A stretch of DNA of 22,178 nt from Thermoproteota archaeon (GTDB taxonomy: Archaea > Korarchaeota > Korarchaeia > Korarchaeales > Korarchaeaceae): the NCBI GenBank assembly GCA_027491735.1, contig JAOZGP010000040.1, positions 1 to 22,178 of the forward strand, written 5' to 3'. The position numbers and the translations under genes are program-made. The notes below the pieces were generated by a model that saw only the letters and a program-made list of their open reading frames with translations, had not been told where the DNA came from and searched no databases. Below are positions 1 through 8,883 of the stretch, one piece after another (the stretch's first letter is position 1; every line of letters starts with the position of its first letter).

Positions 1-26
1 ACTCCCTTCAGCCGTCCCCGCTTCGG
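1..26 (+). repeat. 26-bp direct terminal repeat, copy 1 (ACTCCCTTCAGCCGTCCCCGCTTCGG)
   Basis: Exact match to 22153-22178. Confidence 0.95.
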
Positions 27-112
27 CTTGAGGTCTCGCACATCTGAAGGGCACAACACGCTAAGAACTCAGTTAAGATCCCGAAAGAGGCCGTGACGAT
101 GCCACATCATCC
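1..112 (-). mobile_element. Part of a short palindromic repeat element (putative IS200/IS605-derived non-autonomous element), truncated at the window start
   Basis: 1-26 is identical to 22153-22178. GAGGCCGTGACGATGCCAC (87-105) resembles the reverse complement of the hairpin at 22081-22105. There is an internal CCCTTCAG/CTGAAGGG stem (4-11 with 44-51). Confidence 0.45.
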
Positions 113-175
113 GTGAATTAGCTCCTCCAGAATCGTTTTCATTATGATTATGGAAATCTCTCTGTTTCAAGTAGA

Positions 176-769
176 TTACACGAGAGAACAAATATCCTCG
201 AGATCTTTTCTGGGTCTTGGCTTTACTTCTTCCTTAGGATATCCAACTGGCACCACAGCAATGAGTTTACATCCATCAGGAGGATTCAGGAGCCTGTTGA
301 TCTTATCCTCCATGAAGTTCACGACGCCTATCCAGCACGTTCCGAGACCCATTGCCGCCGCGGCCACCATCATGTTCTCTACAGCAGCTGCTACACTCTC
401 CACCCCCCACAAGAACTCCACATCAGAGAATTCTTCCTTGAGTCCCCTTCTTCTCTCGTCCAAGTAGGCCACTACATAAACAGGAGCGAGATATAGTCCC
501 TCATCGAACTTCCTCAAGAGCTTCTTCACCTGCTCCCTTTTGAGCTCCTTCTTCCTAGCTCTTTCGTAGTAGAACAGGTGAGCATCCCTTATGATCTCCC
601 AGATCCGCTTAACGACGTCACCTCTCTTAACAACAATAAAAAACCATTGTTCCAGTCCCATAGCGTTGGGAGCTCTGATGGCTGCCTCCAAAACTCTCCT
701 TAATCTGCCTTCCTCCACAGGCTTGTCCTCAAAGAGTCTCACACTACATCTACGAAATATGCCCTCCAT
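176..769 (-). CDS. Nitroreductase family protein (FMN-dependent)
   Basis: Typical motifs: RRCSVRLF, AAIRAPNAMGLEQWFFIVV, AAVENMMVAAAAMGLGTCWIG, VPVGYP and RPRK. SD-like AGGTGA precedes the ATG. Confidence 0.93.
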   Translation of the reverse strand: MEGIFRRCSVRLFEDKPVEEGRLRRVLEAAIRAPNAMGLEQWFFIVVKRGDVVKRIWEIIRDAHLFYYERARKKELKREQVKKLLRKFDEGLYLAPVYVVAYLDERRRGLKEEFSDVEFLWGVESVAAAVENMMVAAAAMGLGTCWIGVVNFMEDKINRLLNPPDGCKLIAVVPVGYPKEEVKPRPRKDLEDICSLV

Positions 770-771
770 GG

Positions 772-792
772 GTTCACCTTCACTAGGTGAAC
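772..792. promoter_or_regulatory. Perfect inverted repeat GTTCACCT-N5-AGGTGAAC at the nitroreductase start (candidate operator or RBS hairpin)
   Basis: 8-bp arms at 772-779 and 785-792, between a TATA-like TTTTTAGG (minus strand, 808-801) and the ATG at 769. Confidence 0.45.
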
Positions 793-905
793 AACCCTTT
801 CCTAAAAATCAGCCGTTCAAAACAGCAAGGCCTTTGACGTGAGCTGTTCCTGAGAGGTAGGAACATGATGCGTTCTCCTGATTCGATGGAGAAAATTGGC
901 TGAGC

Positions 906-1526
906 TCATCTCTCCCGAGAAAGAAAGATCTCCACGAGTCCTATAAGCTCCTCAACAGGTTCGGGAGAGAAATCTATCCTCAGATCCATGATCCTGTCGT
1001 AGCTCCTTCCATACTCCGTGGGACCCACAACCAAGATGGCAGCAGCTCTGTCTCCTCTTGCATCTCCCCCTGCTTTTTGACCGGCCTTGAGGGATGAAAG
1101 AAGCCGCCACACAAGATCGCCTCCGCTCTCCAGAAAAGTCTCAACAATTCTGTCTATGACCTCTCTAGAGGACAGCAGGTTTCCTAAAGCCACGTATGAA
1201 CCCTCTCTGTAGCTCCAACCGACTTCTCCAGGAAGTTCAGATCCGCAGTGGATAGCCACCTCTCCATAGGCGGATATCACCCCGACCTGTCTTACCTCAG
1301 GAGATCTATCCATACTCAACGCCTCGTCCAGGGCTTCCTGTGGGCTTCTGTCCTTCTCCATGAGATTGAGTATCACGGGGCCGAGCGATGGGTTTGTGTA
1401 TCCCTGAGTTATCACTCCTCCCACCTTGTACTTGCACCAGAGAACCCTGGATCCCACTGCTATGCTTCCAGAAGCAGTCACACCCCCTATGTACGTCCCC
1501 TCGACTGCTATCATGCTGTAGGTCAT
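906..1526 (-). CDS. DUF1028 family protein (Ntn-hydrolase-like fold)
   Basis: Start revised to MTYSMIA (ATG at 1526). Motifs VGGVITQG..NP..G, RQVGV, GNLL, AGGDARG and DLRID fit DUF1028. Confidence 0.85.
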   Translation of the reverse strand: MTYSMIAVEGTYIGGVTASGSIAVGSRVLWCKYKVGGVITQGYTNPSLGPVILNLMEKDRSPQEALDEALSMDRSPEVRQVGVISAYGEVAIHCGSELPGEVGWSYREGSYVALGNLLSSREVIDRIVETFLESGGDLVWRLLSSLKAGQKAGGDARGDRAAAILVVGPTEYGRSYDRIMDLRIDFSPEPVEELIGLVEIFLSRER

Positions 1527-1663
1527 CGGAGGATCAGTGAACACCGGGACCTGAAACAACTTAACCGTTTGGGTTAATGGGATCAGGAGTTCTGCCTGCT
1601 TGTGGAGAGCGTTATCCCTTATCAGGTAGACCTTCTATGAGAGCTTCATCTCGATGGAGGTCA

Positions 1664-1776
1664 CTAAATAGGCCATTCTTCCATGCGGTAGGCTATATCC
1701 CAGGAACATGTACTCGTATTTGCTTGCTGTTACGAATATTCCTCTGAGTCTTTCGTAGCCTCCTTGATTTCCCATA
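1664..1776 (-). pseudogene. tenA: C-terminal remnant of TenA (thiaminase II / aminopyrimidine aminohydrolase), frameshifted
   Basis: The minus strand reads GGYERLRGIFVTASKYEYMF, then one extra C, then WDIAYRMEEWPI*. This matches the TenA C-terminal YExxFWDxAY motif and lies at the end of a thiamine operon. Confidence 0.8.
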
Positions 1777-2350
1777 TCGAACTATTTTCCGAACATCTCA
1801 TCAGGAACATCACGCAGTCCATCTCCCTCATGAGCTCCTCCACTAGAATCCTCTCCCTGCGACTTATCCCACTTCCCCTGTCTTCTGCTAGGGTTGATCC
1901 ATAGTATGCGTTTCCCAAGAAGGTGCTGCTTTTTCTTACACAGTTCAGTATGTCCTCCAAAGGGCCTGCCTGCAGGTAGATCGAAAGGTCGTTCATAACA
2001 AGCACCGGAGTGGGTTTCTCCAAATATGTCAGGAGAAAGGGTCTTATCGCTTCCAAATTATACCTGGCTAGCCTCAGGACCTCTTTGGCATCTCTGCCCT
2101 CTAGACGAGGAGCTCTCAGGGACTTAGGCCTCAAGTACCTCACCTGATCTGGTATGTTCATGTAGCGGGCGAGTGAGAGCCCCACACCTTTCCTCTCAGG
2201 TCCCATATCTATCACAGTCACTCCTTCTCGGGGAAGGAGAGCGTAGAGTATCTCAACCGTGTGTCTAGTTTTTCCAGATCCCACATCTCCAGCTATTAGC
2301 GTCCTCTTTCCGAAAAACCTACTAACTAAACGTTCTCCAGGTAATCCCAA
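1730..2350 (-). CDS. Uncharacterised small P-loop NTPase in the thiamine salvage operon
   Basis: Walker A GDVGSGKT, a VTVID strand and Walker-B-like VLVMND. Overlaps the thiW stop. Confidence 0.8.
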   Translation of the reverse strand: MGLPGERLVSRFFGKRTLIAGDVGSGKTRHTVEILYALLPREGVTVIDMGPERKGVGLSLARYMNIPDQVRYLRPKSLRAPRLEGRDAKEVLRLARYNLEAIRPFLLTYLEKPTPVLVMNDLSIYLQAGPLEDILNCVRKSSTFLGNAYYGSTLAEDRGSGISRRERILVEELMREMDCVMFLMRCSENSSIWEIKEATKDSEEYS

Positions 2351-2858
2351 TTTTTCTCAACCCCAGAAGGGCGAGATAACCCATTACACACCCTGGCACC
2401 GAGCTGATGGCCCAGCTCCCCCATATCGGTATGAGGGCCCACATCATCTCCTTGTGACCAAGGATTGGAGCGAACACACAGACGGAGATTGTTCCTCCTA
2501 TCAGGACGGTGCCCAGGGGTTCAAATAGAGCAGCAATCTCGACATTCCTTCGGTTAAGCCTTCTCAGGAGCCAAGCCACACTCCCAACGACGACAGCTCC
2601 AGGTATCCCGCCGGGGTACGCGTATACGGTCCCGACCCCCAGACTCATCCTGATCGTCCCCACTATCACGGCTATAAGGGAGGCCCACCAAGGCCCGAGT
2701 AGGACACCAGCTATCGCGTTTATCATGTGCTGCGCTGGATACGCCTTCGATGCCAGGAAAGGAAACCAGAGATAGGGGGATATGATCACGCCCAGAGCTG
2801 AGAGGAGCCCAGCTGTGGCTACCTTCTTTGTTGTGACCGTCCTCTCAGTAGCTGTCAT
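2322..2858 (-). CDS. thiW: ECF transporter S-component ThiW (thiazole precursor uptake)
   Basis: KAYPAQHMINAIAGVLLGPWW, IRMSLGVGTVYAYPGGIPGA and EPLGT are ThiW hallmarks. ATGA overlap with thiDN. Confidence 0.92.
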   Translation of the reverse strand: MTATERTVTTKKVATAGLLSALGVIISPYLWFPFLASKAYPAQHMINAIAGVLLGPWWASLIAVIVGTIRMSLGVGTVYAYPGGIPGAVVVGSVAWLLRRLNRRNVEIAALFEPLGTVLIGGTISVCVFAPILGHKEMMWALIPIWGSWAISSVPGCVMGYLALLGLRKIGITWRTFS

Positions 2859-4222
2859 CCAATCACCTCTGTGAGCTTCTTCACAATCTTCGCAAGCTCA
2901 ACGGAGTCCTTCCCCAGCAGGACTATCATAGGCTCCTTCCCCCAATCCCCCCTGTGGTAGATGACGTCAGGAACTCTCCCCACTCTTTTTATTGCTTGTT
3001 CAACCCCCCAGGGTACCGATGCTCCTTCGCGCTCCTTGATCCTTGGGGGTTCCTTCCTTCTATCGTAGTGTGAGATTGCAAGCCCCATTCTCCTCAGCTC
3101 AGCGAGGATCTCCTCGTCAAATGCTATGTTCAAGGCGGCCCTCACCTCCGCATTGTATCTCCTGGCTGCAAGTATGTACCTGGCTAGGTGTGAGCTAGCA
3201 CCGAATTCTGGTGGAGAGGATGCCCTTATCCTATTCCCAACTCTTCTAAGCCTCCCGGGAATAGCAACAATGTCTATAACGTCTACGGCATAGGGTAACG
3301 ACATTGCCACATTGATTCCAACCTCGGGCGCGATCTTCTCAGCATTATCCAGTGACTCGAGCAACTCAACCGCTTCCTCGACCCTCTTCCACGTGTGATA
3401 TCTTTCAGAGTCGTTGTAGAGTCTGGCCATAGGGTTCAGAGGGCCATGCCCAGATCCCACAGGGATGCCGAACTTTATAGCATGCGTGACCAGCTTCTTG
3501 GCCACCTTAAATGCCTCCTCCACGGAGGACCCCTTAGCCAGCTCAGCTGCTATGGCTGCCGAGAACGAACATCCCGTGCCGTGAGTGCACTTCGATCGCA
3601 TTCTCGGTGCTGATAGCTTCAGGTACCTTCCGTTGTGATACAACACGTCCACGGATTCGGTCTCCCTCAGATGTCCGCCCTTAACTATGACGGCCGCGGG
3701 ACCCATATCAGCTATGAGCCTCGCTGCTCTCTCCGCATCCTTCAAGCTCCCTATCCTGACGCCTGCAAGAACCTCCGCCTCCCGCGCATTCGGTGTAACC
3801 ACTTCGGCCATTGGCAGGAGGACCTTGATCAGCGTGTCCTTGGCATCGGATCTCAGAAGGGGAGCGCCGCTCTTCGCTATCATGACGGGGTCCACGACCA
3901 AGGGGATCTGATGTTCCCTCACCTTCTCAGCCACAGCTTCTATTATCTCGGCGGTGTGGAGCATCCCTGTCTTTGCTGCATCAACGCCGATGTCCTCCAC
4001 AACCGCATCTATCTGCGCTTTCACGACATCGATGCTTACGTCCTGAATTGCCGTAACCTCTCTGGTGTTCTGAGCTGTTATCGAGGTTAAAGCTACAGTT
4101 CCATGAACTCCTAAAGACGCAAAGGTCTTTAGATCAGCTTGTATTCCAGCTCCTCCACCGGAATCGCTGCCCGCTATCGTCATGGCTACGGGGACCTTGG
4201 AGAACACGTCTAACCAGACCAT
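2855..4222 (-). CDS. thiDN: Bifunctional HMP/HMP-P kinase ThiD fused to archaeal thiamine-phosphate synthase ThiN
   Basis: N-terminal [28 protein letters not shown] and THGTGC motifs (ThiD). C-terminal [28 protein letters not shown] (ThiN). ATG at 4222 is preferred over GTG at 4231. Confidence 0.96.
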   Translation of the reverse strand: MVWLDVFSKVPVAMTIAGSDSGGGAGIQADLKTFASLGVHGTVALTSITAQNTREVTAIQDVSIDVVKAQIDAVVEDIGVDAAKTGMLHTAEIIEAVAEKVREHQIPLVVDPVMIAKSGAPLLRSDAKDTLIKVLLPMAEVVTPNAREAEVLAGVRIGSLKDAERAARLIADMGPAAVIVKGGHLRETESVDVLYHNGRYLKLSAPRMRSKCTHGTGCSFSAAIAAELAKGSSVEEAFKVAKKLVTHAIKFGIPVGSGHGPLNPMARLYNDSERYHTWKRVEEAVELLESLDNAEKIAPEVGINVAMSLPYAVDVIDIVAIPGRLRRVGNRIRASSPPEFGASSHLARYILAARRYNAEVRAALNIAFDEEILAELRRMGLAISHYDRRKEPPRIKEREGASVPWGVEQAIKRVGRVPDVIYHRGDWGKEPMIVLLGKDSVELAKIVKKLTEVIG

Positions 4223-5478
4223 CTCTCCCACCTTCTCAACAAGTATTGAAGCAGAGCGGACATCAGGAAGGAAGGCAGACTGGCTCCCACGTCGGGGAAG
4301 TGTGTGGCTATAGCGAAATAAGTTGTAAGCCCGACAATCCAGGAGATGATCGATCTGGGAACTATCCTCGGAGCTCCCTCGTAGAACTCCTCCACATCCA
4401 CCCTTCCCCTTCTCACCAAGAAGTACTCGGAGAGCATCACTCCGAAGAGAGGAACGAAACTAGCTCCTATGAGCAGTAGAAACCACTCATACTTGGACAA
4501 GGGTAGAAAGTAAGCTAGCACAGCCGATAGAATGGATATTAGGACTATCAGCTTCCACTGTCGCGCCTTGGGGAAGGCGTTCTGAATGGAAAGAGCACAG
4601 GAGTAGACATCAGCAAAGGCGTTGTCTGTCTCATCCACTAATATGAAAAGGAGAGCCATCCAGCCGAAGTAAAGGGAGAGTATGGAGGCAGCAATGAACC
4701 CCCGACCGGACATCAGAGCTAAAGCTGCTCCCAGAGAGTAGAACCATGCGTTAGCCAGGGCATATCCCAACATCGTGGAGAGCGTACAGGACCAAACCTT
4801 CGAGCTGAACCTGTTATAATCGCTGACCAGGGGCATCCAGGAGATAGGCATGGCTATCACTAGATCTAGGGCGAGAGTCCAAGGGAGACCTCCTCTTCCT
4901 CCGGAGATTGCCCACTTAGGAGTTGTTATGACCATATAGGTTATCCAGGCTGTTGATGCATAGACAAGCCATATGGCGAACTTCTCGAGCCACTGCCTCA
5001 CCACGGTGAGAGGCCCTCCCACAGCCAAGAGCATAATCACAACGGTGAACAGGACGAGGAAAAGTAGCTCACAGCCGCCGCCCAGAATGAGGGACGATGC
5101 ATCCGCCATGATTTTAAGTTCAAAGGCCGTCCATCCCACCAGCTGTATTACGTTTAGGATCGTTGCGATATAAGATCCCGCGAAGCCGAGGATAGGCCTG
5201 AGGGAGACCATGGTGGGAACTCCATGCCTCGCCCCAATCACCCCCGCTGACGCTAAGAGCGCGCTGCCTGCAATAGATCCCACAAGAGACACTAAGATCG
5301 CCTGATCAACTGTTAGAGCTGGAGCCATCAAAGCTCCGGCCTGTAGAACCAGAATGCCAACACCTAAACTCGACCAGAGGACAAACAAATCTATACCTCT
5401 TAGGATCCTGGCACTCTTGGGTACGGGCTCTATCCCCCACTCTGGAGGTCTTCTGATCTTCCATCTTGGCCCTGACAT
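4210..5478 (-). CDS. cytX: NCS1/purine-cytosine permease family transporter, CytX-like (putative hydroxymethylpyrimidine transporter)
   Basis: Multi-TM protein with [25 protein letters not shown] and DNAFADVYS motifs. Lies under a TPP riboswitch. Start revised to ATG at 5478 (SD GGAGG upstream), because the ORF-track start falls inside the riboswitch. Confidence 0.88.
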   Translation of the reverse strand: MSGPRWKIRRPPEWGIEPVPKSARILRGIDLFVLWSSLGVGILVLQAGALMAPALTVDQAILVSLVGSIAGSALLASAGVIGARHGVPTMVSLRPILGFAGSYIATILNVIQLVGWTAFELKIMADASSLILGGGCELLFLVLFTVVIMLLAVGGPLTVVRQWLEKFAIWLVYASTAWITYMVITTPKWAISGGRGGLPWTLALDLVIAMPISWMPLVSDYNRFSSKVWSCTLSTMLGYALANAWFYSLGAALALMSGRGFIAASILSLYFGWMALLFILVDETDNAFADVYSCALSIQNAFPKARQWKLIVLISILSAVLAYFLPLSKYEWFLLLIGASFVPLFGVMLSEYFLVRRGRVDVEEFYEGAPRIVPRSIISWIVGLTTYFAIATHFPDVGASLPSFLMSALLQYLLRRWERWSG

Positions 5479-5483
5479 CGTAT

Positions 5484-5505
5484 CCCTCCAGCGGGCGCTG
5501 GAGGG
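5484..5505 (-). promoter_or_regulatory. SD-sequestering hairpin (riboswitch expression platform)
   Basis: Minus-strand CCCTCCAGCG-CC-CGCTGGAGGG buries the GGAGG SD just upstream of ATG 5478. Its GCGCCCGCTG is complementary to the aptamer 5' strand CAGCGGGCGC. Confidence 0.75.
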
Positions 5506-5525
5506 GCTGGCCAGCATAAGGAGGT

Positions 5526-5629
5526 GCGGGCACACTCCCTACGCCGGCATTACCCGGATCAGGTTCAAGGGGTCGGCGGCAGGCTAGCCGCCCTCTCAGC
5601 CGGGTTCCCCCAGCTCCCCTGGCGCCCGC
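5526..5629 (-). ncRNA. TPP (THI-box) riboswitch aptamer
   Basis: The minus strand reads GCGGGCGCC-AGGGGAGC...GCTGAGAGG...GACCCCTTGAACCTGATCCGGGTAATGCCGGCGTAGGGAGT-GTGCCCGC. It has the conserved GCTGAGA, GAACCTGAT and TAATGCCNGCGTAGGGA motifs, and P1 is GCGGGCGC/GTGCCCGC. It sits upstream of thiamine genes. Confidence 0.97.
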
Positions 5630-5886
5630 TGATCTTCAACATCAGTAGATTCTGATAAGTTTTATCCTTGCGCTTCAGCCAACCATCCTCCTCGAATTTA
5701 AAAGCCCTCGTACATATACGAGCACACAGCAGTTGAAGAGGAGCTCTACGCAGTTAAGCAAACAGGTGAGATATTTGAAGCTCATCCAAAGCAGTCCAAA
5801 AACGGGAACAGAGGAGAGATCAGATCATAAGGATGCCCAGATCACCAAAAAGTTTTTCATGGTGCAGTGAGTTGTTGGACCATCCC

Positions 5887-6336
5887 ATGCCCGGATACAG
5901 GACGCATCTGCTCACCAGCCTGACCTTGGCGACGGTTTCTGCTCCGCTGACCTCCAAGTATCTCCGACTTGACCCATTAAACTTTCTCCTCTTCATACTT
6001 CTCGCAGGAATAGGTTCCTTGGCGCCAGATCTTGATCATCCAAAATCTAAAGCCCACAGATTTATCATGAAGCTGGCCTTGATCGTTGTTCCCATATCAG
6101 CAGTGCTGATCCTAGAAGGAATCTGTCCGGTAGACAACGTCCTCGTTCCATGCTTCATCCTAGCCCTGATCTCCATACCCAACTTGTTCAAACACAGGGG
6201 GCTTTGGCACTTTCCTTTAGGCCTCCTGCTAGCAGTTCCCTTGTACTTCTTCCTTGAGACTGGTGGGCTTGCGGCCTCTGCTGGCTACACTCTCGGGTAT
6301 ATCAGTCACCTGTTCCTCGATCACCTCGAGGCATAG
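5887..6336 (+). CDS. Membrane-bound metal-dependent hydrolase (YdjM family)
   Basis: Motifs RTHLL, PDLDHP, HRGLWH and GYISHLFLD, plus hydrophobic helices. Start revised to ATG at 5887. Confidence 0.88.
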   Translation: MPGYRTHLLTSLTLATVSAPLTSKYLRLDPLNFLLFILLAGIGSLAPDLDHPKSKAHRFIMKLALIVVPISAVLILEGICPVDNVLVPCFILALISIPNLFKHRGLWHFPLGLLLAVPLYFFLETGGLAASAGYTLGYISHLFLDHLEA

Positions 6337-6490
6337 AGGAATGAGATAAGGTATTTCGATGGAGGTTTGGGGACGAAAGGAGGAGGATACCAGCCCTTCA
6401 CAGATATATGTCCATCGAGGAGTGAGAATCGCACTAAAGTATGAGGGGTGTCCTTCGTCGATGTATATTAGATCTTAACAAATGCGGATA

Positions 6491-6803
6491 CTATATCACC
6501 CCAATCCGCTTGAGGAGTAGGTGAATCGCTATGGCTCTCCAGACAGTTAATATAACGCTCATCATCCACTTAAAGTTGCTGTTCAGGTCTTTCCTTAACT
6601 CACTTATCTCCCTCCTTAGATAGCCTATGTCGCCCTTCAGCTCCTTCCTCAAGGCTTCTATGTCGTTCTTGCTTGCTGAATTCCTTAGCGCGGTATTTAT
6701 CATAGCCAACCTGGCGTCAGGCTCAGCTACAAGCAGCCCAGCTAACCTCTTCTTAGCTGAAGCGTCCTTCTCAAACAGGTCAAACCACGTCGCCAGCCGT
6801 CAA
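6491..6803 (-). pseudogene. Frameshifted archaeal coiled-coil protein with C-terminal TM (DUF1640/ATKxD-like)
   Basis: TTG at 6803 gives LTAGDVV, then an extra T, then DLFEKDASAKKRLAGLLVAEPDARLAMINTALRNSASKNDIEAL...FKWMMSVIL. The ORF track catches only 6491-6709. Confidence 0.6.
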
Positions 6804-7070
6804 GCTCGCATACATTCTAAGCTGGCAAGAATATAAGGAGTTATCACGAGCTAAAGTAATGAAATAACTGGATCGGTGAGCTTGGGCCATCCTTGTCCCG
6901 TCTCTTCCTCTTAGCTTGGGGATGTAGTCAAATAGAAGGGCATGTGAGTTGGGGGAGAGCATTGCAGCATTATCGCTAAGGTGAAACTGGGTGACAGGAG
7001 CGACTCGTAATGCTGCATGTATGACACATGACACCTCCGGAACGTCAAGATTTTATAAAAATCTACCGCG

Positions 7071-7290
7071 AGAAGGCCACCACTCGAAAGCGGTGGATGA
7101 GCTGCTGTTAAACTTAAATGTCCTGAAGCGTTTTTAAGTAAGTGACAGGCTCCTCAGCTTCACACCGGGTGGCGGTCCGTGACCACTTAAGCCTGGTGAA
7201 CAACTCAAACCCAGGTGTGTGAGGGGCCGTTGTAAGACTGTGGTTCATAGGTGGACGTCCCAAATCTCTGGGCGATGAGGATAGCTCCAC
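7071..7290 (+). mobile_element. Possible degenerate IS200/IS605-derived remnant
   Basis: GAAGGCCACCACTCGAAAGCGGTGGATGAG (7072-7101) resembles IS605-type subterminal hairpins. Downstream GTGGTTCATAGGTGGACG resembles tnpB 3'/omega-RNA regions. Recognised by eye only. Confidence 0.3.
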
Positions 7291-7381
7291 AGACGGATTT
7301 GTGAAGAGATTTCCCACTCCTGAGCCCTTAAATTTCTATCCCGTGGAATGTTGATTCAAATTCGGTGTGTGAGGTGGTTTT

Positions 7382-7732
7382 TTGGACGATGTGGAGAAAG
7401 CCAGAGTGGTTCAGTTGATCCTTAGGGGAAGGACAAAGGAGGCCATGCGGCTGGTTTGTGAGAGCTTCGGAAAGCAACCTCCAAAGATGAAAGTCGGCCG
7501 AGTGAAGGGTCAGGGGAGGGCTTTGGCCGTGTATCTCCCTCGGAGATCAACAATCTACTTCTCAGATGGATCTCTGACCAGGAACCCTTTCGTGGTCCTA
7601 CACGAGCTCTACCACCACATAAGGTTCCTCGCTGAGAAGCATAGAGGGACTGAAAAGCACGCCAACAAGTTCGCCATGGAGTTCATAAGAGCCTTCAGTA
7701 AACTATCGAGAAGTCCTCAAACTCCCGAGTAA
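7382..7732 (+). CDS. Small HExxH (zincin-like) putative metalloprotease, uncharacterised
   Basis: VVLHELYHH followed by TEKHANKFA (HExxH...E-x-x-A pattern). SD GAGGTG precedes the TTG. Confidence 0.75.
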   Translation: MDDVEKARVVQLILRGRTKEAMRLVCESFGKQPPKMKVGRVKGQGRALAVYLPRRSTIYFSDGSLTRNPFVVLHELYHHIRFLAEKHRGTEKHANKFAMEFIRAFSKLSRSPQTPE

Positions 7733-7994
7733 CCCTCTCCCATCTGACCTCCACTCTGTCCACCCTGGCGAGAGGTGGACCCCTGTGAGCCCATCTTATC
7801 AATTCATCCACTCTGTCCTTCGGTCCCTCCACCACAGCCTCGACGCTTCCATCTGGGAGGTTTCTCACCCACCCTGTGAGGCCCAGCTCAGTGGCACGCC
7901 TTCTCATGGAGGATCTGAAGAAGACCCCCTGAACTCTTCCATAGATCCTGAGGTGAGCCCTGACGCGGTCCTCCACTTTCCCCCCTGAATGCAT
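7695..7994 (-). CDS. acyP: Acylphosphatase
   Basis: [21 protein letters not shown] and GPPLARV signatures. The start may be GTG at 7976. Confidence 0.96.
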   Translation of the reverse strand: MHSGGKVEDRVRAHLRIYGRVQGVFFRSSMRRRATELGLTGWVRNLPDGSVEAVVEGPKDRVDELIRWAHRGPPLARVDRVEVRWERVTREFEDFSIVY

Positions 7995-8040
7995 TGCATA
8001 AGATGCTATAAAGATTCTGCGGTGAGATTGACGAGTGGCC

Positions 8041-8820
8041 TCAGAGGCTGGCCAGGGCTATGCCGGCCAGTATCAGCAGGGCTCCGAGGATCCCCTGTAA
8101 AGACAACCTCTCTCCCAAGATCGCTGCAGATGACACAGCAGCGACGACAGGTTCCACAAGGTATGCAATTGCTGCTACATCGGGAGGGATGTATTTCTGA
8201 CCTTCCGCCTGTGCCCACAGGCCGAACACCGTCCCAAAGACTGCTGTGTAGACGACAGCCCCTGCACTGACTATCGAAAACTTAGGGATGCCACCCAAGG
8301 TCGCCAGGGGAGCACTTCCGGCGGCCATGACCACGGATTGAGCGAAGGCTATCGACGTGGGGTCGCTCTCCCTGGTGCACATGGTCACCAGCACTATCTG
8401 AACAGCCCACAGAAAGGCAGATATAAGCGTCAACAGATCCCCGAGGTTGAGGCTCGCAGTCAGGTCGGTGAGGAGGGCCAGACCAATCATGCCCAGTCCC
8501 AGCGAGGCGAGGTCCTTTGTGGAGGGTTTGCTTCTCAGGAGAAGGAGTGCCACCACGGGGGTGAAAACGGCGTACATCCCGGTTATAAACCCGGAGTTTG
8601 TGGCTGTCGTGAACTCCATCCCTCCCACCTGCAGGGCTAGTGCTGCTAAGGATACAAAACCTGTTAGGACGCTCAATCCCGTCAGCTTCGGCCTCGATAT
8701 GGCTATCAGCACAGGAAGGGCAAGCAAGAACCTCATGAATATGAACTGAAATACGGACAGGTCGTTCAGAGCCAACTTTATGGCAGGGAAGGTTAGCCCC
8801 CATACGATTCCGGAGGCCAC
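8041..8820 (-). CDS. EamA/DMT family transporter
   Basis: Two EamA repeats ([29 protein letters not shown]). The real start may be upstream at CTG 8847. Confidence 0.92.
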   Translation of the reverse strand: MASGIVWGLTFPAIKLALNDLSVFQFIFMRFLLALPVLIAISRPKLTGLSVLTGFVSLAALALQVGGMEFTTATNSGFITGMYAVFTPVVALLLLRSKPSTKDLASLGLGMIGLALLTDLTASLNLGDLLTLISAFLWAVQIVLVTMCTRESDPTSIAFAQSVVMAAGSAPLATLGGIPKFSIVSAGAVVYTAVFGTVFGLWAQAEGQKYIPPDVAAIAYLVEPVVAAVSSAAILGERLSLQGILGALLILAGIALASL

Positions 8821-8883
8821 GAGCAGGACTTTACCTCTAGCTGACAGCTGAACACCCCTTCCGACGAGGAACGCTCCCTTTGA

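Noticed and set aside
1-26. 26-bp repeat as a CRISPR repeat
   Set aside because: There are only two copies, 22 kb apart, with no spacer periodicity and no cas genes.
1730-2350. NTPase as the EcfA ATPase for ThiW
   Set aside because: It has no ABC signature, Q-loop or H-loop, and no EcfT gene is present.
5479-5535. N-terminal extension of cytX in the ORF track
   Set aside because: It overlaps the riboswitch P1 and expression platform, and ATG 5478 has a proper SD.
6780-7317. ORFs 6780-7034 and 7114-7317
   Set aside because: Their composition is atypical and they have no motifs. Only the last 7 codons of the first are used, as the start of the frameshifted gene.
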